Positions 8,823-15,645 of a stretch of 64,000 bases of DNA are shown here, in pieces; within the stretch, counting starts at the first letter, position 1; each line of letters begins with the position of its first letter. The DNA is from Alphaproteobacteria bacterium. GTDB taxonomy: Bacteria; Pseudomonadota; Alphaproteobacteria; Caulobacterales; Aquidulcibacteraceae. The DNA lies in assembly GCA_027488965.1 (NCBI GenBank), contig JAIYAO010000200.1, positions 1,646 through 65,645 on the forward strand, in the 5' to 3' direction. Made by a program: the position numbers and the translations under genes. The notes beneath the pieces were generated by a model. The model did not search any database. It had not been told where the DNA came from and worked only from the letters and a program-made list of their open reading frames with translations.

Positions 8823-8868
8823 CACTATATGTAGCGGTGCAGAGAGCACTGACCCGCCGGATGTTGCG
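8823..8868. promoter_or_regulatory. candidate tandem NrdR-type operator upstream of nrdA
   Basis: CACTATATGTAGCG (8823-8836) resembles the NrdR palindrome acaCwAtATaTwGtgt. A weaker second box CGCCGGATGTTGCG (8855-8868) lies 32 bp centre-to-centre. The same layout recurs upstream of nrdB. Confidence 0.5.
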
Positions 8869-8919
8869 CAAGCGCGACGCGCGACTCCGGTTAAGATAGC
8901 GTGAACGGAGACGGCGAGA

Positions 8920-10794
8920 ATGTATCGGAACGAGGCGGTTGCGGCGGCTCCCACGCGGTTGGCGGATCATCGCCGGGGCAAGCCCAAGGCGGTGAAAGAC
9001 CGGCTTGGCCTCGTGAAGAAGGTCGTCACCGACCCGTCGCGCGACGCGCTGCTGACGGACTTCGGCAAGACCACCCTGGACGACCGCTACCTGCTCACCG
9101 GCGAGAGCTACCAGGACATGTTCGCCCGCGTGGCGACTGCCTATGCCGACGACGTCGAGCACGCCCAGCGCATCTACGACTACATCTCCCGCCTCTGGTT
9201 CATGCCGGCGACGCCGGTGCTGTCGAACGGCGGCGCCGACCGCGGCCTGCCGATCTCCTGCTTCCTCAATTCCGTGGGCGACAGCCTCGACGACATCGTC
9301 GACACCTGGAACGAGAACGTGTGGCTCGCCTCCAACGGCGGCGGCATCGGCACGTACTGGGGGTCCGTCCGCTCCATCGGCGAGAAGGTGGGCCAGAACG
9401 GGCAGACGTCCGGCATCATCCCGTTCATCCACGTGATGGACTCACTGACGCTGGCCATCAGCCAGGGCTCGCTGCGGCGCGGCTCGGCGGCGGTGTACCT
9501 CGACGTCCACCACCCCGAGATCGAGGAGTTCCTCGAAATCCGGAAGCCGAGCGGGGACTTCAACCGCAAGTCCCTGAACCTGCACCACGGCATCAACATC
9601 ACCGACGAGTTCATGATCGCGGTGCGCGACGGCGCGCCCTTCGGCCTGCGCAGCCCGAAGAACGGCGAGATCGTGAAGCTCACGGACGCCCGCAAGATCT
9701 GGCAGAAGATCATCGAGCTGCGCCTGCAGACCGGCGAGCCCTACATCATCTTCTCCGACACCGTGAACAACCAGATGCCGGCGCACCAGAAACGCCTCGG
9801 CCTGAAGGTCCGCCAAAGCAATCTCTGCTCCGAGATCATGCTGCACACCGGTCTCGACCATCTCGGTCGGGACCGGACGGCGGTGTGCTGCCTGTCGTCG
9901 CTGAACGCGGAGAAGTTCCTGGAGTGGGAAGGCCACGAGGGCTTCCTGGAGGACATCTTCCGCTTCCTCGACAACGTGCTGCAGGACTTCATCGAGCGTG
10001 CGCCGCCGGAAATGGAGCGCGCGATCTACGCCGCCTACCGCGAACGGTCCGTGGGCCTCGGCGTCATGGGCTTCCACTCGTTCCTGCAGGCGATGAACGT
10101 GCCGTTCGAGTCCGCGATGGCGAAGTCGTGGAACATGAAGATCTTCAAGCACGTGCGCCGCGGCGCGGACGCAGCGTCCGTGAAGCTCGCGCAGGAGCGC
10201 GGCCCCTGCCCGGATGCGGCGGAAGCCAACGTGATGGCGCGCTTCTCGCACAAGCTGGCGATCGCGCCGACGGCGTCGATCTCGATCATCTGCGGCGGCA
10301 CGTCCGCCGGCATCGAGCCGATCCCGGCCAACATCTACACGCACAAGACGCTGAGCGGCTCCTTCGCGGTGAAGAACCCCTACCTGGAAGCGCTGATCGA
10401 CGCGAAGGGGAAGAACACCGAAGACACGTGGAACTCGATCCTCGCCAACGAAGGCAGCGTGCAGCACCTGGAGTTTCTCACCGACGACGAAAAGGCCGTG
10501 TTCAAGACGGCGTTCGAGCTGGATCAACGCTGGATCATCGAACTCGCCGCCGACCGCACGCCACTGATCTGCCAGTCGCAATCGCTCAACGTGTTCCTGC
10601 CGGGCGACGTCGACAAGTGGGACCTGCACATGCTGCACTGGATGGCGTGGGAACAGGGCGTGAAGAGCCTGTACTACTGCCGCTCCAAGAGCGTGCAACG
10701 CGCGGGCTTCGCGCAAGGCGAAGGCATGAAGGCCGAAGCGGCGGAGATTTCGAGCACGAAGACGGACTACGAGGAGTGTCTGGCGTGTCAGTGA
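8920..10794 (+). CDS. nrdA: ribonucleoside-diphosphate reductase alpha subunit (class I, no ATP-cone)
   Basis: Catalytic QSNLCSEI box, PISCFLN, PTASISII, and C-terminal redox-shuttle pair in YEECLACQ. The N-terminus has no ATP-cone-like VxKRDG segment. Confidence 0.95.
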   Translation: MYRNEAVAAAPTRLADHRRGKPKAVKDRLGLVKKVVTDPSRDALLTDFGKTTLDDRYLLTGESYQDMFARVATAYADDVEHAQRIYDYISRLWFMPATPVLSNGGADRGLPISCFLNSVGDSLDDIVDTWNENVWLASNGGGIGTYWGSVRSIGEKVGQNGQTSGIIPFIHVMDSLTLAISQGSLRRGSAAVYLDVHHPEIEEFLEIRKPSGDFNRKSLNLHHGINITDEFMIAVRDGAPFGLRSPKNGEIVKLTDARKIWQKIIELRLQTGEPYIIFSDTVNNQMPAHQKRLGLKVRQSNLCSEIMLHTGLDHLGRDRTAVCCLSSLNAEKFLEWEGHEGFLEDIFRFLDNVLQDFIERAPPEMERAIYAAYRERSVGLGVMGFHSFLQAMNVPFESAMAKSWNMKIFKHVRRGADAASVKLAQERGPCPDAAEANVMARFSHKLAIAPTASISIICGGTSAGIEPIPANIYTHKTLSGSFAVKNPYLEALIDAKGKNTEDTWNSILANEGSVQHLEFLTDDEKAVFKTAFELDQRWIIELAADRTPLICQSQSLNVFLPGDVDKWDLHMLHWMAWEQGVKSLYYCRSKSVQRAGFAQGEGMKAEAAEISSTKTDYEECLACQ

Positions 10795-10824
10795 GGGGCG
10801 GACCCACTCGCCTCGCCATACGAT

Positions 10825-11655
10825 GTGAGCGGAGTCATGCCCTTCGAACTGAAACTGCCTCTGTTTGATCACTGGAACGAATGGCAGCCCGCCGCGAAAT
10901 ACTGCTTTGTCGCATTGGTGGCTATTGCCGTGATGCTGGCTGTCTGGGCGAATGGCGACGCCATAACGAGGGCAGAGCAGAGGCAATCTGGTAAAGCTGC
11001 GGCAGAACCGCAGCAAGATGTAAGCTGGACACTCAGCCCGGTTGAGTCTGAGCACTTTACTGCTCTAGAGCGCATTCGAGTCGTCACTCTTGGTCCCACT
11101 CTCGGATTTAACGACGTCCATGAGATAAAGCTCTCCCATCGAGACGGACGAGACGTAGGGACCTTCACCGTCATAGGCTTGTATTCGGATAGCTTCTGGC
11201 TTCCGGGCAAGTACGACGATCTATACATAACTCAACGAGCCAAGGCGCCGATCATCGAACACCTGCGCGACCCGAGGTTTCGTGCCTTGATTTCCTATGC
11301 TGAGGAGGTGTTGTGCGTAGGATTGGTTTCGTCGACTTCTAAGGAGGGGGCCGAAGCTGATCAGCTATCGCACAAGCGTGCTGAGAGATTGCGTGCCCTT
11401 CTTGCTACAGCCGGCGGCTTCGACAAGTTGCAACTGCATGCAGTTCCGTTCGGCCGAGCACAGACACCCGTTACAACACGCTCGGCGGATCAATGGCAGC
11501 GAAGCGGGGTCCTCATCGGACTGAAGAGAACTGATCGAACGGTTGCCGACCACGTACTTTACGCCGAGTTGCTAAAGCGCGTGAGGCTAAAGCACGTCAA
11601 CCTGAATGACTACTCTCGAGTCGGCCAGCTTCGGGAGCCAGCCAAGCTGCCTTGA
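10825..11655 (+). CDS. hypothetical membrane-anchored protein with OmpA_C-like C-terminal region (low-GC orphan)
   Basis: About 52% GC on a hand count of 11041-11100. TM helix YCFVALVAIAVMLAVWA. The C-terminus VLCVGLVSSTSKEGAEADQLSHKRAERLRALLATAGG...FGRAQ...QRSGVLIGL follows the OmpA/MotB peptidoglycan-binding pattern. Start is GTG 10825 or ATG 10837. Confidence 0.65.
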   Translation: MSGVMPFELKLPLFDHWNEWQPAAKYCFVALVAIAVMLAVWANGDAITRAEQRQSGKAAAEPQQDVSWTLSPVESEHFTALERIRVVTLGPTLGFNDVHEIKLSHRDGRDVGTFTVIGLYSDSFWLPGKYDDLYITQRAKAPIIEHLRDPRFRALISYAEEVLCVGLVSSTSKEGAEADQLSHKRAERLRALLATAGGFDKLQLHAVPFGRAQTPVTTRSADQWQRSGVLIGLKRTDRTVADHVLYAELLKRVRLKHVNLNDYSRVGQLREPAKLP

Positions 11656-11829
11656 GACCCGGCGGCTTCGCCCAGCGCGATGAACGCGCGCTCGAAGGCG
11701 TAGCGCGTGCGCTCATCCGCCCGTGTAGCTGGCGACGTCCATGCCTGCCGTCCATTCGCCTATGCGCGCGATCTGCAATCGCGCCCGCGCGACAATCTCC
11801 GCCGGCGGCTTGGCTTTGCCGGGGGCCAT
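11652..11829 (-). pseudogene. HEPN/DUF86 (HepT-like) toxin fragment, frameshifted and 3'-truncated
   Basis: Minus-strand MAPGKAKPPAEIVARARLQIARIGEWTAGMDVASYTGG stop, then in another frame ADERTRYAFERAFIALGEAA. This matches the N-terminal half of the DUF86 pattern (I..I..y..G....F..D......A..R.L.IIGEA). The RxxxxH part is missing. Confidence 0.55.
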
Positions 11830-11834
11830 CGCTC

Positions 11835-11957
11835 TCAAAACACCGGCACGAGATCGGCCGTCTCGCGCACCTTCAGCCGCGTCGTCGCGTCGAAGCCGGA
11901 CTTGGCGACGATATCGACGCGGCCGCCGTCTGCGCCCATCGCCCGCACATCTCGCGC
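11835..11957 (-). pseudogene. MNT-type nucleotidyltransferase antitoxin fragment (C-terminal about 35 aa only)
   Basis: Minus-strand ...GGRVDIVAKSGFDATTRLKVRETADLVPVF stop resembles the C-terminal KVDLV....L.P.....I..EAV.V tail of MntA-like proteins. Its stop lies 5 nt before the HepT-like ATG, which is TA-operon spacing. The N-terminal part is replaced by palindromic repeat DNA. Confidence 0.5.
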
Positions 11958-12121
11958 GCACCCCACCCGACCTTCGCTGCGCTCCGGCCACCCTCCCCAT
12001 CGAGGGGAGGGAGGGCGTCCCGTGGCGGAGACGTTTGCGCGGCCGAAACGCCGTTTCACCAAGCGCCAGCGCCCTCCCTCCCCTCCATGGGGAGGGTGGC
12101 GCGCAGCGCCGGGTGGGGTGC
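11958..12121. repeat. ~164-bp imperfect nested palindrome (REP/BIME-like)
   Basis: Outer arms GCACCCCACCCG / CGGGTGGGGTGC. Inner arms CCACCCTCCCCATCGAGGGGAGGGAGGGCG / CGCCCTCCCTCCCCTCCATGGGGAGGGTGG. Each arm is itself a small hairpin. Confidence 0.85.
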
Positions 12122-12184
12122 GCACGGTGCGGCGGGGGCGAGGGGCGCGGAGGGGCGCCGCGGCGCGAACTCAGCATCGCGCGG

Positions 12185-12305
12185 CCCCATCCCCCCGCGT
12201 TGCGGGGGACTTCCCCCGCGGTGCGGGGGAAGAAACAGAGACGTGGCGCAGCGGTTTCTTCCCCCGTTCACGGGGGAAGTCCCCCGCAACGCGGGGGGAT
12301 GGGGG
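12185..12305. repeat. ~120-bp near-perfect nested palindrome
   Basis: CCCCATCCCCCCGCGTTGCGGGGGACTTCCCCCGCGGTGCGGGGGAAGAAAC ... GTTTCTTCCCCCGTTCACGGGGGAAGTCCCCCGCAACGCGGGGGGATGGGGG. Confidence 0.85.
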
Positions 12306-12309
12306 CAAG

Positions 12310-12557
12310 GCGCGGAAAATGGGGGGATAGTGACACCCGCTATCCCTGTTTATCGCGCCGCTTCCTCCGGGGCGCCGCATCGCGGCGACCCCCGAGACCA
12401 TTCGCACCGGATGTGCGGGAAATGCTGCAACGACGGGTGTTTTCGCCAGCGCCGCCGCGCGTAGGGCTTCCGGGTTCGCGGCTGCGCCGCGCCCCGGACA
12501 AAGAAAATGCAGCCTCCCAATCCGGGGGATGAAACCCCCGTGGCACACTCCTCCTCG
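12310..12557 (+). repeat. mosaic intergenic repeat, copy 1 (MITE/BIME-like, no coding capacity)
   Basis: Left end GCGCGGAAAATGGGGGGATAGTGACACCCGCTATCCCTGTTTAT. Right end CTCCCAATCCGGGGGATGAAACCCCCGTGGCACACTCCTCC. Both ends recur in reverse complement at 36426-36614, with a different internal module. Confidence 0.75.
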
Positions 12558-13041
12558 CCGCCTGTGCAAGGAGGGTGTCTGGGCCCAGTCACCGGATCGA
12601 TGCGGGCGGTGCGATCGAGTGCGGTTGCCGGCGGGGAGCTAAACCGTCGGGTCCAGGGCGCCGTGACTGGCGGCCCTGCGCATCGGACCGGGGAACGGCG
12701 ATGGATCCAAGTCGACGGTGGTGTCCCCCGTCCTGGCGCCGCGTGTGAGCGCGGAGGGCTGGGGCGGCGGGGTTGCCCCGGGCAGGCATCAAATCCGGGG
12801 GCCGGGCCGGCGAGAAACGATCGCAACGGGGCGCCCGTGGCGGGTGCAGTCTTCCGCGGTGGTCCCGAGCCATCGCATCTTGGCGCATCGGTCTCGGGCG
12901 CCCCGTCCCTCCGCCTGGAGGGTGTGCGACGCCGCCGTTCCCGCAAGGGATGGGCGGGTCGTGGTGCTGGGTGCGGCCCCCATCGCGCGCCGCCGCCGCT
13001 TCGCCCCTTGACCTCGGCGCCGGTGCATCGACTCTGGGGCC

Positions 13042-13953
13042 ATGCACGGCAGCCACGGCCACCATCACCACGACCATGGGCACGACCACGGCGCCCACGC
13101 CGCCCGGCCGTTCGGCGTGGCGCTGCTGATCAATTTCGCCTTCGTGCTGGTGGAGACCGCGGCCGGGTTTGCGGCCAACTCCACCGCCCTGCTGGCGGAC
13201 GCGGGCCACAACCTCTCCGACGTGCTGGGCCTCGGCCTTGCGGGCGGCGCTGCGTGGCTTGCGACGCGCGCGGCGTCGCCGCGGCGCACCTACGGCTACG
13301 GCAAGGCGGGCGTGGCCGCGGCGCTGGCCAACGGGCTGCTGCTGGTGGCGGCCTCCGGCGCCATCGGCTGGGAGGCGATCCGCCGGCTCTCGGCGCCGGA
13401 AACGGTGGCGCCGCTCATCGTGATGGGCGCCGCCGCCGCCGGCATCCTGGTCAACGGCGGCACGGCGCTGCTGTTTGCGCGGTCGGCCAAGTCCGACCTC
13501 AACGCCCGCGGCGCCTACCTGCACCTGATGGCGGACGCCGCCGTTTCCGCCGGCGTCATCGTGGCCGGCGCGCTGGTGTGGGCCACGGGGGCGGCGTGGA
13601 TCGATCCGGCCGCGAGCCTGATCGTGGTGGGCGTCATCGTCTGGGGTTCGTGGGGCCTGCTGCGGGATTCGCTCGATCTCATCCTCGACGCCGCGCCCGG
13701 CAACATCGATGTGGCGGCCGTCCGCCGCCGCCTCGGCGCGCTGCCCGGCGTCACCGAAGTGCACGACCTGCACGTCTGGGCCATGACCGCGAGCGAACCG
13801 GCGCTGACCGCCCACCTCGTGCGCCCCGACGGCGCCGACGACGCGTTCCTCGATGCGGCCGAACACGACCTGCGCACAGCCTTCGGCATCCGCCACATCA
13901 CCCTGCAGGTGGAGCGCAGCGTCCGCGGGCCCTGCGCCGACGCCCATGCCTGA
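13042..13953 (+). CDS. czcD: cation diffusion facilitator (Zn/Co/Cd-type) efflux transporter
   Basis: His-rich N-terminus MHGSHGHHHHDHGHDHG, CDF TM core (ALLADAGHNLSDV, HLMADA) and C-terminal cytoplasmic domain HDLHVWAMT...ALTAHL. Confidence 0.9.
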   Translation: MHGSHGHHHHDHGHDHGAHAARPFGVALLINFAFVLVETAAGFAANSTALLADAGHNLSDVLGLGLAGGAAWLATRAASPRRTYGYGKAGVAAALANGLLLVAASGAIGWEAIRRLSAPETVAPLIVMGAAAAGILVNGGTALLFARSAKSDLNARGAYLHLMADAAVSAGVIVAGALVWATGAAWIDPAASLIVVGVIVWGSWGLLRDSLDLILDAAPGNIDVAAVRRRLGALPGVTEVHDLHVWAMTASEPALTAHLVRPDGADDAFLDAAEHDLRTAFGIRHITLQVERSVRGPCADAHA

Positions 13954-14485
13954 CCCCGCCAAGCCCGCCCCGCTCGTGGTGCGCCCCTGCTTCGAGCAGG
14001 ACATGCAGCAGGTGGCGCTGATCTACGCCCATCACGTGGCCTCCGGCGCCGGCTCCCTCGAGATCCAGCCGCCGGGGCTGAAGGAGATGAAGGAGCGCTG
14101 GACGAAGGTCGTCACGCGCGGCTGGCCGTGGCTGGTGGCGAGCCCGCAGGACGACATCACCCGCATCGCCGGCTACGCGTACGCCAGCCAGTACCGCGAC
14201 CGGGAAGGCTACGCCCACTGCTTCGAGGACTCCGTCTACGTGGCGCCGGGCCAGGAACGGCGCGGCGTGGGCCTCACCCTGCTGGCGACGCTGCTGACTG
14301 AGCTGCAGGACCTCGATGTGCGCCAGGTGGTGGCGGTGATCGGCGGCGCCGACAACGCGGGGTCCATCGCGCTGCATGCGAAATGCGGCTTCAGCCACGT
14401 GGGCACGCTGTGGAACGTGGGCTGGAAATTCGGCCGCTGGCACGACGTGATCCTGATGCAGCGGGAACTCCTGCCGAAGGCCTGA
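13946..14485 (+). CDS. GNAT acetyltransferase, phosphinothricin-acetyltransferase (PAT)-like
   Basis: ATG 13946 overlaps the czcD stop (ATGCCTGA). Motifs IYAHHV, WLVA, GYAYASQYRDREGY, VYVAPGQERRGVGLTLL and HAKCGFSHVGTL..VGWKFGRWHDV. Confidence 0.85.
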   Translation: MPDPAKPAPLVVRPCFEQDMQQVALIYAHHVASGAGSLEIQPPGLKEMKERWTKVVTRGWPWLVASPQDDITRIAGYAYASQYRDREGYAHCFEDSVYVAPGQERRGVGLTLLATLLTELQDLDVRQVVAVIGGADNAGSIALHAKCGFSHVGTLWNVGWKFGRWHDVILMQRELLPKA

Positions 14486-14644
14486 GGGCGTCCGCGCCGC
14501 TGCAATCGCCACCAAGCTTTAATGCGACACCGGCGCCGAACCTGCATAGGCTGTGCGGCGCACGGTCGCGAGGCCGGGTTCTTGACAGACGGGCGGAACA
14601 TTCACGGCAACGTTTCATTTACCTTACGGGCGCACGGTCGGTTC

Positions 14645-15445
14645 ATGAAAAAGGCGAACATGGGACGGACACTCGTTTGGTCGCTCTTCTTCGGTGTGGC
14701 CGTCACAGCCAGCGCCGCAGCGGCCACCTTCACCGCCGACGGCGAGCTTCAGGCCACCAACCCGGCGCTGCAGCTGGCGCTGGATGGCCAGTCCGATCCC
14801 TTCGCACCCGAACCTGCGCTGCCGATGCCGTTCGCCAGTCTCGAGAACGCCCTCGAGGAGTTCGGGTACTCCATGACGTTCCGGCGCGCGCCGGTCCGCC
14901 TCGCGCAGAGCTTCGCCGCCGAACCCGCACCGGCCTTCGGGCCCGACACCGCGCTGAGCGGCGATTACCACGGCATCGGCCCCTCCGCGCGGCTGGTCAG
15001 CGTAGAATACACCCTCTCGGCGCCCGCCAGCGCCACCGGCTTCAACCTCGACGTGGCGATCGCGCCGCGCGCGGGCGTATCGATCGGCCCCGAGGGCGGC
15101 CAGGTCCGCAGCCTCGGCGGCGAAGTGCGGCTGGGCAAGCGCCTGGAGAACATGGTCGGCAAGTTCGACGACGCGCGCGCCACGTGGGATCGCCCGTCCT
15201 GGTACTTCTTCGCCGCCACCGACGGCTCCGCCCTCACCTGGACGCCCGAGGCCATGGCCGCCGGCGCCCGCCGCGGCCTGAGCTACCAAGAGGACCGGGT
15301 GATCGTGGGCGACGCCCAGATCGGCGTTTCCGTGGAAGCCAACGGCATGCAGGCCTCGCTGGGCATCACCAACCGCGAAGTCAGCAACGGCCCCGAAACC
15401 ATCGACGAGAACTTCGTCGGCGCCACCTTCACCATGCGCCGCTAG
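14645..15445 (+). CDS. hypothetical secreted / possible outer-membrane protein
   Basis: Start at MKKANMGRTLVWSLFFGVAVTASAAAA (signal peptide). Alternating beta-strand-like C-terminal half. A resemblance to LpxR/DUF2219-type barrels is only a weak impression. Confidence 0.55.
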   Translation: MKKANMGRTLVWSLFFGVAVTASAAAATFTADGELQATNPALQLALDGQSDPFAPEPALPMPFASLENALEEFGYSMTFRRAPVRLAQSFAAEPAPAFGPDTALSGDYHGIGPSARLVSVEYTLSAPASATGFNLDVAIAPRAGVSIGPEGGQVRSLGGEVRLGKRLENMVGKFDDARATWDRPSWYFFAATDGSALTWTPEAMAAGARRGLSYQEDRVIVGDAQIGVSVEANGMQASLGITNREVSNGPETIDENFVGATFTMRR

Positions 15446-15563
15446 GCCCGCCGGGACCACGCCCCGCCGCGCACCCCCGCCGCCCACAGGGGCATTTCGC
15501 CGCCAGGCGCCCCGGGCCCCTTTTTCCGCCGCCGGAATCGGCCCCTTCTTGGCGGGCGTCGCG

Positions 15564-15627
15564 TTTACCTTTTGTCTACCCGACGCTATATCTAGTGGTC
15601 TGCGTCGGCTGAACGCCGAGATATGCG
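15564..15627 (+). promoter_or_regulatory. nrdB promoter with overlapping tandem NrdR-type boxes
   Basis: TTTACC (15564-15569), a 15-nt spacer, then GCTATATC (15585-15592) fits the alphaproteobacterial TTGACGS-N10-14-GCTANAWC housekeeping promoter form. Box CGCTATATCTAGTG (15584-15597) matches 12/14 to the reverse complement of the nrdA box. A second box CGCCGAGATATGCG (15614-15627) lies 31 bp away. Confidence 0.55.
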
Positions 15628-15645
15628 AAAACCAAGAGGACGATC

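Noticed and set aside
8590-8919. B12 riboswitch upstream of nrdA, as seen for some B12-independent RNRs
   Set aside because: No B12 box or conserved core was found. The only clear elements are the NrdR-like boxes.
11958-12557. Possible CRISPR array, because of dense short repeats
   Set aside because: The repeats are inverted and nested palindromes, not regularly spaced direct repeats with unique spacers. No cas genes are in the window.
12541-12558. Sigma-54 promoter suggested by TGGCAC
   Set aside because: The required TTGC five nt downstream is absent (the sequence is TGGCACACTCCTCCTC).
12558-13041. Cobalamin or NiCo (czcD-type) riboswitch upstream of the CDF transporter
   Set aside because: I could not find the B12 box (AGYCMGgAgaCCkGCc) or the GGGAA..GGTG.AA.CC..CCCGC.AC.GT core in the right order, nor a convincing NiCo four-way junction. 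The region is kept only as an unexplained structured stretch.
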